A stretch of 64,000 bases of DNA, taken from positions 259,120-323,119 of the forward strand of contig JAFRNW010000018.1 in the NCBI GenBank assembly GCA_017429985.1. Reading direction: 5' to 3'. The notes under the pieces were generated by a model. It was not told the origin of the DNA, searched no databases, and worked only from the letters and a program-made list of their open reading frames with translations. Position 1 is the first letter of the stretch, and each line of letters starts with the position of its first letter. Origin of the DNA: Clostridia bacterium (GTDB taxonomy: Bacteria; Bacillota; Clostridia; Christensenellales; CAG-138). This document shows, in pieces, positions 9,369 through 19,699 of this stretch. The position numbers and the translations under genes are program-made.

Positions 9369-10436
9369 ATGGAAAACAATTCGGTTCCGAAAAAACGTCC
9401 CTTCAGCCTGCAGCTGGATCTCAGCAAGTTCGAGCCTGCCACGGAAGAGGAAAAACGCCAGCAGGATGTCATGAGCAAAAGCACGACGTTCTTCCGCGAC
9501 GGCATGCGCCGCCTGCTGAAGAACCCCCTTGCGGTCGCAAGTCTGATCGTGCTGCTCCTTGTCATCGCGACCATCGTCATCGCGCCGATGATCGTCCCTT
9601 ACGGATATGAGGAGATCCTCTCCGTGAACGGGCGGCGTGATAAGGGTGCGAAAAACCTGACTCCGTTTGAATACAGCACCGCGGAAAAGAAATATATCGC
9701 GCAGGGCAATTCCCGTTTCCCGCACATCTTCGGAACGGATGAACAGTGCCGCGATTATTTCATCCGGGTGGTGTACGGTGCACGCGTATCCCTGTTCGTC
9801 GGATTCTTCGCCAGCATTATCGTATTGATCATAGGCATGCTGATCGGAAGCATCTCGGGCTATGTCGGCGGAAGAGTCGACCTGATCATCATGCGTATCG
9901 TGGATATCATCTATTCGCTTCCCGACATGCTGATGGTCATCCTCCTCTCGGTCGTTCTGAAGGAGGTGCTCACCTTTAAAACAGGTTCCGTCCTCGCAAG
10001 TCTCGGCACGAACATGATCTCCATGTTCATCGTGTTCGGTGCGCTGTACTGGGTCGGCATGTGCCGTCTCATCCGCGGGCAGATCCTGTCGATCCGCGAG
10101 AACGATTACGTTCTTGCGGCGAAATCGATCGGCGCAGGCAGTGCCCGGATCATCCGCAAGCACATTCTTCCGAACTGTCTGTCGGTTATCATCATCTCCA
10201 CCGCACTGCAGATTCCGTCGGCCATCTTTACGGAAAGCTATCTTTCCTTCATCGGTCTCGGCGTTTCAGCGCCGATGCCGTCTCTCGGTTCGCTCGCCAA
10301 CGCCGCGCGGCAGGGGCTTCAGTCGTATCCGTACAAGCTGATCTTCCCCGCTGCGGCGATCTGCCTGATCGTTCTCTCGCTGAATCTCCTTGGCGACGGC
10401 ATGAGAGACGCGTTTGATCCGAAGCTTAGGAGGTAA
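9369..10436 (+). CDS. Peptide ABC transporter permease (OppC/DppC-type)
   Basis: ORF 9288..10436 trimmed to the ATG at 9369, with GAAGGGAGG upstream. Family loop: NDYVLAAKSIGAGSARIIRKHILPN. Confidence 0.85.
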   Translation: MENNSVPKKRPFSLQLDLSKFEPATEEEKRQQDVMSKSTTFFRDGMRRLLKNPLAVASLIVLLLVIATIVIAPMIVPYGYEEILSVNGRRDKGAKNLTPFEYSTAEKKYIAQGNSRFPHIFGTDEQCRDYFIRVVYGARVSLFVGFFASIIVLIIGMLIGSISGYVGGRVDLIIMRIVDIIYSLPDMLMVILLSVVLKEVLTFKTGSVLASLGTNMISMFIVFGALYWVGMCRLIRGQILSIRENDYVLAAKSIGAGSARIIRKHILPNCLSVIIISTALQIPSAIFTESYLSFIGLGVSAPMPSLGSLANAARQGLQSYPYKLIFPAAAICLIVLSLNLLGDGMRDAFDPKLRR

Positions 10437-10441
10437 CGAAT

Positions 10442-11479
10442 ATGGAACAGAAACAATATGAGCATCTCCTGAGCGTAAGAGATCTTCACACGCATTTTTC
10501 CACTGAAAACGGCACGGTAAGCGCAGTAAACGGTGTCAACTTCAATCTCGATGCCGGCAAGGTCCTGGGCATTGTCGGTGAATCCGGCTCCGGAAAGAGC
10601 GTCACCGCCTATTCCGTCATGCGGATCCTCTCCGAAAATGGATGGATCGATCAGGGCGAGATCCTGTATAAAGGCGACAACATCGTCAAATGGTCTGAAA
10701 AAGAGATGCAGTCCTTCCGCGGACGCTGCGTTTCCATCATCTTTCAGGACCCCATGACAAGTCTGAACCCGGTCTTCACCATCGGCAACCAGCTGAAAGA
10801 GGCGATCACCCTCCATACGGCAAAACGCGGCAAAGAAGCTTACGACCGCGCGGTGGAGCTGATCTCTCTTGTCGGCATCAACGAGCCTGAGAAGCGGATG
10901 CGGCAGTATCCTTACCAGCTCTCGGGCGGCATGCGTCAGCGCATCATGATCGCCATGGCTCTCGCCTGCGAACCGGATATCCTGATCGCCGACGAGCCCA
11001 CCACCGCCCTGGACGTCACGATCCAGGCACAGATCCTGGAACTGATGCAGTCCCTGCAGAAGAAGATGGGTATGGCCATCATCATGGTCACCCATGACCT
11101 CGGCGTTATCGCGGAGATCTGCGACGAGATCATCGTCATGTACGGCGGCCGTATCTGCGAACGCGGTACTGCGGATGAGATCTTCTATAACCCGCATCAT
11201 GAATACACAAAGGGACTGCTCCGCAGCATCCCGACCATGAACTCCAAAAAGCAGAAGCTGGTTCCGATCTCCGGCACGCCGATCAACATGCTGAACATGC
11301 CCGCGGGCTGCGCTTTCTGCCCGCGCTGCGACGCCGCCATGAAGATCTGTCTGGAGGAAATCCCGGAAGAGCTGTTTATCAACGAAAATCACAAAGCCTC
11401 CTGCTGGATCAACGTTCGTGACGGCAAGGGATTCGAAACGCTGCCGGAAACTGCGGAAAAGGAGGAAACAGCCAAATGA
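10442..11479 (+). CDS. Peptide ABC transporter ATP-binding protein (OppD-type)
   Basis: Walker [12 protein letters not shown] signature LSGGMRQR, Walker [13 protein letters not shown], and a C-terminal oligopeptide-type extension with CAFCPRC. Confidence 0.9.
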   Translation: MEQKQYEHLLSVRDLHTHFSTENGTVSAVNGVNFNLDAGKVLGIVGESGSGKSVTAYSVMRILSENGWIDQGEILYKGDNIVKWSEKEMQSFRGRCVSIIFQDPMTSLNPVFTIGNQLKEAITLHTAKRGKEAYDRAVELISLVGINEPEKRMRQYPYQLSGGMRQRIMIAMALACEPDILIADEPTTALDVTIQAQILELMQSLQKKMGMAIIMVTHDLGVIAEICDEIIVMYGGRICERGTADEIFYNPHHEYTKGLLRSIPTMNSKKQKLVPISGTPINMLNMPAGCAFCPRCDAAMKICLEEIPEELFINENHKASCWINVRDGKGFETLPETAEKEETAK

Positions 11480-12432
11480 CCAATCTTCTCGATGTTGAAC
11501 ATCTGAAACAGTATTTCCCCATCCGGACCGGTTTTGCAAAAACCACGCCCCTGAAAGCCGTCGATGATATCTCTTTTTCCATCCGGCACGGAGAAACGCT
11601 GGGTCTCGTCGGAGAATCCGGCTGCGGCAAGACGACGGTAGGCAGATCCGTTCTCCGTCTGTATGAGCCAACAGACGGGAAAGTCTACTTTGAAGGAACC
11701 GAAATCACACGGAGCAACATCAAATCGATGCGCAGGCAGATGCAGATGGTTTTCCAGGATCCGTATTCCTCTCTGAATCCGAGGATGACCGTGGAAGACA
11801 TCATCGGCGAGCCTCTCGATGTTCACCGCATGTATTCCAATTCAAAGGAACGCCGTGAAAAGATCCTGAATCTCATGGAGCTTGTCGGTCTGAATGCCGA
11901 ACATGCAACCCGGTACGCGCACGAGTTTTCCGGCGGTCAGCGCCAGCGTATCGGCATTGCGAGGGCGCTTGCCGTCAATCCGAAATTCATCGTATGCGAT
12001 GAGCCTGTTTCCGCACTGGATGTTTCCATTCAGGCGCAGGTTATCAATATGTTCGAGGAACTGCAGGATAAACTGGGCGTCGCCTATCTGTTCATCGCGC
12101 ACGATCTCCTGGTCGTACGGCATATCTCGAACCGTATCGCCGTCATGTATCTCGGCCACATGGTAGAACTTGCAGATTCCGACGAACTGATGGACCACCC
12201 GATTCATCCGTACACGGAATCCCTGCTTTCCGCCGTTCCGATTCCGGATCCCGAGACCGCACGCCACAAACAGCGAATCGTTCTGGAAGGTGATGTCCCG
12301 TCTCCGCTTAATATGCCGACAGGATGTCCGTTCAGGACCCGCTGCCGGTATGCCACCGCCAAATGCGCGGAGGAAATGCCGGACTTCACGGACCGCGGGA
12401 ACGGCCATTTCGTAGCGTGTCACGTGAAATAG
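11476..12432 (+). CDS. Peptide ABC transporter ATP-binding protein (OppF-type)
   Basis: [17 protein letters not shown] and [12 protein letters not shown]. It overlaps the preceding ATPase gene by 4 nt. Confidence 0.9.
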   Translation: MTNLLDVEHLKQYFPIRTGFAKTTPLKAVDDISFSIRHGETLGLVGESGCGKTTVGRSVLRLYEPTDGKVYFEGTEITRSNIKSMRRQMQMVFQDPYSSLNPRMTVEDIIGEPLDVHRMYSNSKERREKILNLMELVGLNAEHATRYAHEFSGGQRQRIGIARALAVNPKFIVCDEPVSALDVSIQAQVINMFEELQDKLGVAYLFIAHDLLVVRHISNRIAVMYLGHMVELADSDELMDHPIHPYTESLLSAVPIPDPETARHKQRIVLEGDVPSPLNMPTGCPFRTRCRYATAKCAEEMPDFTDRGNGHFVACHVK

Positions 12433-12528
12433 TTCCTGAGCCGCTGCAAATCGCATAATTATGCCGATTTTTCGGTTATTATTCAATAAGTGATTGTTAC
12501 AAACCTATAAAAATGTAGCAATCGCTTA

Positions 12529-12557
12529 TTGACTTATTAATATAAAATGTATATAAT
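12529..12557 (+). promoter_or_regulatory. Internal sigmaA-type promoter candidate for the binding-protein gene
   Basis: TTGACT (12529-12534), a 17-nt spacer, then TATAAT (12552-12557). It lies in an AT-rich 175-nt gap after oppF. Confidence 0.5.
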
Positions 12558-12608
12558 TTTCCATTATTCCTTTGAAAAAAGGCATAAATCAATATAGGAG
12601 GAAATAAA

Positions 12609-14411
12609 ATGAAAAAAATCATTGCTCTGGTTCTGACAGCTTGCATGATCTTCGCGCTTGTAGCTTGTGCGAATGGTCAGGTTGATCAGGCAGCCGTTGA
12701 AGCAGCGGTTTCTCAGGTTGCGGAAGCAATTCAGCAGACCGATGCCGCAGCTCCCGAAGCCGAAGAGGAAATCCCGAACGCCGAAGATCTCGTATCCGAC
12801 GCTTTCATCGATCCTCTCACAGAATGGGGACAGTACGATGCCCTGATCGCAGCCATCAAAGCTGAAACAGATACCGCAAAACGTACTGAGATGATGCATC
12901 AGGCAGAAGACATCCTGATGGCAACATGGTGCGTCATTCCGTATTACTACTACAATGACGTCTATCTCCAGAAGCCCTATGTGAGCGGCATCTATTCCAA
13001 CCCGTTCGCAACCAAGTTCTTCATGTACACCAAGATGGACAACGGTGCTGATACCCTCCGTATCAACCTGAGCTCCGAGCCGGATTATCTCGATCCCGCC
13101 CTGAACAGCTCTGTTGACGGCGCGTGCCTCGCAGCGAACTCCTTCTCCGGTCTGTACACCTATGACGCTTCCGGCGCACCGGTTCCGGCATGTGCGGAAA
13201 GCTATGTTGTATCCGAAGACGGTCTCACCTACACGGTCACTCTGAAAGCCGGCCTGAAATGGTCCGACGGTTCCGATCTGACTGCCAAAGACTTTGAGTA
13301 CTCCTGGAAACGTGCTGCTGACCTCGCGACAGCTGCCGACTACCAGTACATGTTCTCCGGCTTTGAGGGATATTCCGATGAAGAGTCTTCCCCCATCAAC
13401 TGCACAGCGCTTGACGACACAACGTTCCAGTTTGTCCTCACCGCGCCCTGCGCATACATGGAAGACCTGATGGCGTTCCCGACCTTCTACCCGATCAAGC
13501 AGTCTGAAGTTGAGAAATTCGACGACTGGACAACCGCTCCCGGTCACTGGGCACAGGAAGCCGGCTTCATTTCCAACGGCGCGTTCGTCCTCACCGCATG
13601 GAATCACAACGAGTCCATGACCTATGAGAAGAACCCCTACTGGTATAATGCTGACCAGGTCTCCATCAACAAGATCGAGTACATGCTCTCCGCTGACGAC
13701 ACAGCGATCTACGCTGCGTACAATTCCGATTCCATCGACTTTGCTGACTCCGTCCCGACAGACGAGATCGCGTCCCTGCTCGACAATCCGGAATTCCACA
13801 TTGTTGACGAGCTCGGCACCTACTACTGCGCTTTCAACTGCAAGAGCTCCCTGTTCGCCGGCATGACGCCTGCCCAGGCTGCCTGCGCACGTAAAGCGTT
13901 CGTGATCCTGATCGACCGTGACTACATCTGCGAGAACATCGGCCAGACCGGCCAGAAACCCGCTACCTCGTTCATTCCGATCGGCATGGCGGACGGCAAC
14001 GGCGGCATCTTCAAGTCCGCTGTGGAAGACAACGCTTACTATGATGGATATGCCATCAACAACGATCCGGAAGCAACCGTTGAAGAGGCCCGCACGCTTC
14101 TGAAAGCCGCTGGCTTCAAATTCGGTGACGACGGTCTGCTCTCCTCCGAGACGCCGATCGATCTCGTTTACCTCACCAACCCGACATCCGGCCACATTGC
14201 AGTTGCTGAGTCCCTGCAGCAGGACCTCGCGTCGGTAGGCATCAAGCTCTCCATTGAGCAGCAGGATTGGAACGTCTTCCTTGAGGAGCGTAAACAGGGC
14301 AACTTTGACTTCGCTCGTGAAGGCTGGATCGCAGACTTCAACGACCCGATCAACATGCTCGAAATGTGGACCACCAACTCCGGCAACAATGACTGCCAGT
14401 TCGGCCGGTAA
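12609..14411 (+). CDS. Peptide ABC transporter substrate-binding lipoprotein (family 5 SBP)
   Basis: 600 aa. The signal is MKKIIALVLTACMIFALVAC with an LVAC lipobox. GGAGG lies upstream. It directly follows the permease and ATPase genes. Confidence 0.85.
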   Translation: MKKIIALVLTACMIFALVACANGQVDQAAVEAAVSQVAEAIQQTDAAAPEAEEEIPNAEDLVSDAFIDPLTEWGQYDALIAAIKAETDTAKRTEMMHQAEDILMATWCVIPYYYYNDVYLQKPYVSGIYSNPFATKFFMYTKMDNGADTLRINLSSEPDYLDPALNSSVDGACLAANSFSGLYTYDASGAPVPACAESYVVSEDGLTYTVTLKAGLKWSDGSDLTAKDFEYSWKRAADLATAADYQYMFSGFEGYSDEESSPINCTALDDTTFQFVLTAPCAYMEDLMAFPTFYPIKQSEVEKFDDWTTAPGHWAQEAGFISNGAFVLTAWNHNESMTYEKNPYWYNADQVSINKIEYMLSADDTAIYAAYNSDSIDFADSVPTDEIASLLDNPEFHIVDELGTYYCAFNCKSSLFAGMTPAQAACARKAFVILIDRDYICENIGQTGQKPATSFIPIGMADGNGGIFKSAVEDNAYYDGYAINNDPEATVEEARTLLKAAGFKFGDDGLLSSETPIDLVYLTNPTSGHIAVAESLQQDLASVGIKLSIEQQDWNVFLEERKQGNFDFAREGWIADFNDPINMLEMWTTNSGNNDCQFGR

Positions 14412-14439
14412 TTGTTAACGGTTATTTGGAACGGTACTT

Positions 14440-14475
14440 ACGGGGTCACAGCAATGTGACCCCGTTTTGTATTTC
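14440..14475 (+). terminator. Rho-independent terminator after the binding-protein gene
   Basis: ACGGGGTCAC-agcaat-GTGACCCCGT (10-bp perfect stem) followed by TTTTGTATTT. Confidence 0.8.
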
Positions 14476-14510
14476 TTCTTTCCGTCCATATCCAACTATG
14501 CTAAACTGAT

Positions 14511-16019
14511 ATGAGTGGTTTTATGATGCAAAACAGAACCAAGCAAAAACCGATTCTTCTGTTCTGCCTGATCAGCGCGCTGCTGATCCTTTTGCTTTGC
14601 ACGAAATCCTCTCCCATCTATCCGCTGAACGACTGGGAAGACGCCAATATCATCTTTACCGTGGGAAAAGGAATGACGCAGGGAAAGGTTCCCTACCGCG
14701 ATCTTTTTGACCAGAAAGGTCCTTTTTCCTTTTTCCTGTATGCGGTCGCGTCCCTGATCTCCGGCACATCCTTTACGGGACTTTATATCCTGGAAGCGCT
14801 TTCCTTTTCTGTCTTTCTGTACTATTCGTATCAAACCGTCTGCCTGTACGAAAACCGGAATGCTTATCTCTGCATCCCCGTACTCGGCATGCTCGTAGCG
14901 TCCGCGATGAGTTTCGCGCACGGGGGGAGCATTGAGGAACTGTTTCTTCCGGCGTATGCTTTCTCCTTTTACGAGCTGTTACGCTGTTTCCGAAGCGACA
15001 TCCCGATCAGGTGGCACAAACTCCTTCTGCACGGATTCCTCGCAGGATGCATGTTCTGGGCAAAATACACGCTGACCGGTTTCTACATCGGATGGCTTCT
15101 CCTGCTGTTCCTTTATCATTTAATGCACCGCCGTACCGGAACCGCTTTTCGTTCGGTCTTCCTGTTTCTTGCCGGAATGGTCATAGCATCCGTGCCGTGG
15201 CTGATTTACTATTCCCTTAACCAAGCGATGCCCGATCTTTGGCAGTATTATTTCTTCAACAATATCGCGGGGTACGGTTCCGCGGAAGAAAACTCTCTCC
15301 TGCTGGCCGTTGTATCCATCATTCGGATGACCGGCGCCACATTGTTCCGGAATCTGCAGTACTCCGTCCTGATAGCAGCGGGTATTCTCTATCTTCTGTT
15401 CAGCCGTAAAACATGCAGGTCTGTTCTGGAAAGGATCGCTCCCGCGGTTCTGTTCCTGTTTGCGACCGCAGGGATCTATGCCGGAGGAACCGGATACCGG
15501 TATTACGGGGTCGTTCTGACCGTTTTTGCGTGTCTTGGATGGATTCCCCTGCTCCGCCTGTTCAACCGCTGCTCCTGTTCCGGGCAGTTCGCAAAACACA
15601 GTCCTGCTGCAGCCTGCCTGACGCTTCTCGTATCCGCCGCGCTTTGCCTCCCGCTTTCTTCCAACACGTACATGCTGCGGATGCGGAAACAGGACCTTCC
15701 GCAGTACCGCTTCGCGGAAACCATGCGCAGCGCTGCGCAGGACGGGTCACCTTCCCTTCTCTGCTATCATATGATGGACGGCGGGTTCTATCTGACGATC
15801 GATTCCGTTCCCGATTTCCGCTGTTTTACCTGGCTGAATTCCGCCACGGAAGAAATACTGAACGAACAGAATTCCTATCTGAAGGATCCCGGGATCGAAT
15901 TCGTTGTTACAAGGAACCGGCAGTATCAGCTTGACGGTTTTACCGTCATCTCGGAAGCAACCTATTCGTATGAAGAAGGAACTCACACTTATTATCTGTA
16001 CCAGAGGAATCCATCATGA
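14511..16019 (+). CDS. Polytopic membrane protein, probable GT-C fold glycosyltransferase (ArnT/PMT-like)
   Basis: 502 aa with many hydrophobic segments. The first loop, YPLNDWEDANIIFTVGKGM..VPYRDLFDQKGP, resembles the acidic first loop of GT-C enzymes. The family assignment is by eye only. Confidence 0.5.
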   Translation: MSGFMMQNRTKQKPILLFCLISALLILLLCTKSSPIYPLNDWEDANIIFTVGKGMTQGKVPYRDLFDQKGPFSFFLYAVASLISGTSFTGLYILEALSFSVFLYYSYQTVCLYENRNAYLCIPVLGMLVASAMSFAHGGSIEELFLPAYAFSFYELLRCFRSDIPIRWHKLLLHGFLAGCMFWAKYTLTGFYIGWLLLLFLYHLMHRRTGTAFRSVFLFLAGMVIASVPWLIYYSLNQAMPDLWQYYFFNNIAGYGSAEENSLLLAVVSIIRMTGATLFRNLQYSVLIAAGILYLLFSRKTCRSVLERIAPAVLFLFATAGIYAGGTGYRYYGVVLTVFACLGWIPLLRLFNRCSCSGQFAKHSPAAACLTLLVSAALCLPLSSNTYMLRMRKQDLPQYRFAETMRSAAQDGSPSLLCYHMMDGGFYLTIDSVPDFRCFTWLNSATEEILNEQNSYLKDPGIEFVVTRNRQYQLDGFTVISEATYSYEEGTHTYYLYQRNPS

Positions 16020-17338
16020 GCGGACCGACACTTTTTGACGATCAAACCAATCAGCCGCTGGCTGCAAGACTGAGGCCGGAAACGCTGGACGAATTTGTCG
16101 GACAAACGCACCTGCTTGGGCCCGGCAAGGTCCTGCGCCGTCTGATCGAAAGCGACCAGATCTCGTCCATGATCTTCTGGGGCCCCCCTGGAGTCGGAAA
16201 GACGACGCTTGCGCGAATCATCGCCAACAGGACAAAGGCAGCTTTCATCGATTTTTCCGCGGTAAACAGCGGAATTAAAGAGATCCGTTCCGTCATGAAC
16301 AGAGCGGAGGAAAATCGGCGGTTCGGCGAGAAGACGATCCTTTTCGTGGACGAGATCCACCGGTTCAATAAAGCGCAGCAAGACGCGTTTCTTCCGTTCG
16401 TCGAAAAGGGCAGTATCATCCTGATCGGCGCCACAACGGAAAACCCTTCTTTCGAGGTCAACGGCGCTCTCCTGTCCAGATGCAAGGTGTTTGTGCTTCA
16501 GGCACTGAAGACGGAAGAGCTCACCGCCCTTCTGAACAGAGCGCTGCAGGATCCGCGGGGTTTTGGCGGCCAGAACATCCGCATGCCGGAAAACATGGCG
16601 GAACTGATTTCCGCGTTTGCCAACGGTGACGCGAGAACCGCACTGTCCACACTGGAAATGGTCGTTCTGAACGGTGATCTGGGTGAAGACGGTGTTATAA
16701 CCATCACCAACGAAACCTTCGAGCAGTGCATCTCCAGGAAATCGCTTCTGTATGACAAGAACGGTGAAGAACACTATAATCTGATCTCCGCGCTTCATAA
16801 GTCCATGCGGAATTCGGATCCGGATGCCGCCGTCTACTGGCTTGCACGCATGCTGGAGGCAGGGGAAGATCCCCTTTATATCGCGAGACGTGTTCTGCGT
16901 TTTGCCAGTGAAGACATCGGACTGGCGGACCCCAGGGCGATCGAGATGGGCGTTGCCGCCTATCAGGCGTGCCATTTCATCGGAATGCCGGAATGTTCCG
17001 TGCATCTCACCGAAGCCGTCATCTATATGTCCATGGCTCCGAAATCCAACGCCATGGACGCAGCATACGCTGCCGCCAAAAAGGATGCCCTGCAGCACCT
17101 TTCGGAGCCCGTTCCCCTCGTGATCCGGAACGGCGTCACGAAGCTGATGCGCGATCTTGATTACGGAAAAGGCTACCAGTATGCGCATGATTACGAGGAC
17201 AAGCTGACCAGCATGCAGTGTCTGCCGGATTCTCTGATCGGCCGCGTTTATTACAAGCCTACGGAGCAGGGGCTGGAAACTCGTTATAAAGACAGGCTCG
17301 CGCAGATCAAAGCGTGGAAAAAGGAACACGGCAAATAG
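16016..17338 (+). CDS. rarA: Replication-associated recombination protein A (AAA+ ATPase)
   Basis: 440 aa with GPPGVGKTTLARIIA and ILFVDEIHRFNKAQQD, plus the MgsA C-terminal region (YDKNGEEHYNLISALHKSMRNSDPDAA). ATGA overlap with the upstream gene. Confidence 0.92.
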   Translation: MSGPTLFDDQTNQPLAARLRPETLDEFVGQTHLLGPGKVLRRLIESDQISSMIFWGPPGVGKTTLARIIANRTKAAFIDFSAVNSGIKEIRSVMNRAEENRRFGEKTILFVDEIHRFNKAQQDAFLPFVEKGSIILIGATTENPSFEVNGALLSRCKVFVLQALKTEELTALLNRALQDPRGFGGQNIRMPENMAELISAFANGDARTALSTLEMVVLNGDLGEDGVITITNETFEQCISRKSLLYDKNGEEHYNLISALHKSMRNSDPDAAVYWLARMLEAGEDPLYIARRVLRFASEDIGLADPRAIEMGVAAYQACHFIGMPECSVHLTEAVIYMSMAPKSNAMDAAYAAAKKDALQHLSEPVPLVIRNGVTKLMRDLDYGKGYQYAHDYEDKLTSMQCLPDSLIGRVYYKPTEQGLETRYKDRLAQIKAWKKEHGK

Positions 17339-17375
17339 GTCTGACAGCCGTCGTTCACCGGCGGGAGGCAAGCAC

Positions 17376-17939
17376 ATGACTGCCTTTGGAAACATGAATC
17401 CCAACGAAAGCATGCCGGAGACTATCAGGATCAGAGACGCGTCACCGGATGACGCGGAACGGCTGCTTGCCATTTACCGCCCCTATGTGACGGACACGGC
17501 CGTTACATTTGAATACGCCGTTCCCGATACGGAATCATTCCGGCAGAGGATCACCCGGACGCTGGAAAACGGATATCCCTATCTTGTCCTGGAACGGGAC
17601 GGGAACATTCTGGGTTACGCCTACGCATCCCGGTTCCGCGAAAGGAAAGCGTATGACTATTGCGCGGAAATATCCATTTATTTGGATATGAATGCCCGTC
17701 ACAGAGGGCTTGGCCGTTACCTTTATGACCGTCTGGAAACGGAACTGAAGGCAAGAGGCATCCGGGATCTGATCGCTGTCATCACGATCCCGTCCGAAGA
17801 GCCCGATCCCTATCTCTCCCCGGACAGTCCACGTTTCCACCGTTCATGCGGGTTCACGGAAGCCGGCTGTCTGCACAGATGCGGATTGAAATTTGAAAGA
17901 TGGTATCATATTTCCTTTATGGAAAAATTCATAAACTGA
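17376..17939 (+). CDS. GNAT N-acetyltransferase (phosphinothricin acetyltransferase-like)
   Basis: 187 aa: IRIRDASPDDAERLLAIY..VTFE, YLDMNARHRGLGRYLYDRLE (acetyl-CoA loop). Confidence 0.8.
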   Translation: MTAFGNMNPNESMPETIRIRDASPDDAERLLAIYRPYVTDTAVTFEYAVPDTESFRQRITRTLENGYPYLVLERDGNILGYAYASRFRERKAYDYCAEISIYLDMNARHRGLGRYLYDRLETELKARGIRDLIAVITIPSEEPDPYLSPDSPRFHRSCGFTEAGCLHRCGLKFERWYHISFMEKFIN

Positions 17940-18005
17940 TCCGTGATACAGCTGTTTTCCTGCTATAATATATAAATATAAAAATGAGAAAAAAGGAGTT
18001 GCATT

Positions 18006-18422
18006 ATGAAAAAAGCATGGAATGAATTCAAAACGTTTGCATTCAAGGGCAACGTTATGGACATGGCCGTCGGCGTCATCATCGGCGCGGCGTTCGGTGC
18101 AATCGTATCCTCTCTGGTCGGCGATATTATCTCCCCGCTCATCGGTCTGCTGTTCAAGCAGGACTTCTCCACGTTGACCGCGACCGTCAACGAGGTCGAG
18201 ATCCATTACGGTGCATTCATTGCCGCTGTGATCAATTTCCTGATCGTGGCCCTTGTTCTGTTCGCCGTCATCAAGGCGTTCAACAAGGCAAGCGACCTCA
18301 AGAAAAAACCCGAGGAAGCCCCCGCTGCTCCGACCACAAAAGTCTGCCCGTTCTGCAAAACGGAGATCCCGATCGGCGCAACCCGCTGCCCGCACTGCAC
18401 TTCCGAACTGGAAGATAAATAA
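18006..18422 (+). CDS. mscL: Large-conductance mechanosensitive channel with a C-terminal zinc-ribbon extension
   Basis: [47 protein letters not shown] is the canonical MscL N-terminus. The tail is [18 protein letters not shown]. Confidence 0.9.
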   Translation: MKKAWNEFKTFAFKGNVMDMAVGVIIGAAFGAIVSSLVGDIISPLIGLLFKQDFSTLTATVNEVEIHYGAFIAAVINFLIVALVLFAVIKAFNKASDLKKKPEEAPAAPTTKVCPFCKTEIPIGATRCPHCTSELEDK

Positions 18423-18427
18423 GCGGC

Positions 18428-18946
18428 ATGCAGAATCCGCTGGTTCGGCTGGGGCACAGCCTGATCCCGGAGTTTTCCGCCGACAAGTGGTGGGATCTCC
18501 GTCAGAAGGCGCTGTCCTCCAAAGGATGGAAGCATTATTACTATGCGTACCGGTATGAAAAAATGACCGGCAAATATCATGCGTTCATTCCTCTGGAGTC
18601 GGACATCAAAGGACAGCCCGTCTTTCCCCATGGCATCAGCGGAATCTTTGTCTCCTGCGGGGCCAGGATCGGCTCCGGATGCGTGATCTTTCATCAGGTC
18701 ACGATCGGTTCCAACACCTTTCCCGACAGCAAAAGCGCAGGGGTTCCGATCATCGGGAACGAAGTCTTTATCGGGGCAGGTGCAAAGATCGTAGGGGGCT
18801 GCAAGGTCGGTGACCGGGTCCGTATCGGAGCAAACTGCGTCGTAACGGAAAACATCCCGGAAGACTGCACGGTAGTGCCCGCAAAGAACCGCGTCATACA
18901 GAAAAACGTCCGGCAGGATAACCGCTACCGGACGATCAATCTCTGA
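18428..18946 (+). CDS. Hexapeptide-repeat acyltransferase (serine acetyltransferase-like)
   Basis: 172 aa. Left-handed beta-helix repeats: GARIGSGCVIFHQVTIG, IGNEVFIGAGAKIVGGCKVGDRVRIGANCVV. Confidence 0.75.
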   Translation: MQNPLVRLGHSLIPEFSADKWWDLRQKALSSKGWKHYYYAYRYEKMTGKYHAFIPLESDIKGQPVFPHGISGIFVSCGARIGSGCVIFHQVTIGSNTFPDSKSAGVPIIGNEVFIGAGAKIVGGCKVGDRVRIGANCVVTENIPEDCTVVPAKNRVIQKNVRQDNRYRTINL

Positions 18947-18961
18947 TCGGTACAATATGCA

Positions 18962-18999
18962 AACAGCATGGGAAGTTGATCTCATGCTGTTTTTGTTTG
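18962..18999. terminator. Bidirectional rho-independent terminator between convergent genes
   Basis: AAACAGCATG-12 nt-CATGCTGTTT, with a T-run on the plus strand and an A-run before the stem (a U-run for the minus transcript). Confidence 0.7.
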
Positions 19000-19001
19000 C
19001 G

Positions 19002-19682
19002 TCAGAATATCTGTACAGGCGTGAATTTGAGATAATCAGCGGAGGACAGAACATACCGGATCCCGTCATGCTCTCCGGTAACAGCGGCATGATGCGCTCT
19101 GCCGTGCAAATGCCCGTATACAACGGTTGACACCCCGTGCTCCTTCATGATGGCGGTGGCGGGTGTCTCCGGGTTGACCGGATCAAGCGGCGGAAAGTGT
19201 GTCATCACGATTTTGATCTTCCCGTCAGGCATAGATCCCAGGGTCAGTTTCAGGCGTTCCATTTCCCTGTCATAAATCTTGATGTCTTCCGGTTTTGTCT
19301 CCTCGTTCGGAATGTTCCACAGCCTGGTCCCGCCGATTGCATAGTCTCCCACGCAGAAGGAATTGTTCTGTACGACCAGAATCGAATCCGAAACAGCGCT
19401 CCGGACCTTCGTGACGGAACTCCACCAGTAGTCATGGTTCCCTCGGAGAATGATCTTCGTTCCGTTCAGTCTCCCCAGAAATGCAAGATCGTCCGCCGCT
19501 TCCGCCATGGACATAGCCCAGCTGATATCGCCTGCAACGAGCACAATATCCTCTCCGGAAACTGTTTTCTGCCAGTTTTCCTCGATCTGCCCGGCATGGT
19601 CCTTCCAGACGTCTCCGAATACATCCATCGGCTTTTCGCAGGATAATGACAGATGCAAATCAGAAAGGGCAAAAATCCGCAT
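19002..19682 (-). CDS. Metallophosphoesterase
   Basis: 226 aa with the calcineurin-like motif series: MRIFALSDLHLS, VAGDISW, RGNHDYWW, THFPP, YGHLHG. Confidence 0.8.
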   Translation of the reverse strand: MRIFALSDLHLSLSCEKPMDVFGDVWKDHAGQIEENWQKTVSGEDIVLVAGDISWAMSMAEAADDLAFLGRLNGTKIILRGNHDYWWSSVTKVRSAVSDSILVVQNNSFCVGDYAIGGTRLWNIPNEETKPEDIKIYDREMERLKLTLGSMPDGKIKIVMTHFPPLDPVNPETPATAIMKEHGVSTVVYGHLHGRAHHAAVTGEHDGIRYVLSSADYLKFTPVQIF

Positions 19683-19699
19683 TTGTTTCCTCCCGCCGG

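Noticed and set aside
10319-17473. Long minus-strand ORFs (10319..11671, 450 aa; 12564..14195, 543 aa; 15992..17473, 493 aa)
   Set aside because: They are antisense shadows of the oppD, binding-protein and rarA genes. They have low-complexity composition (R/G/D/V-rich) and no recognisable domains.
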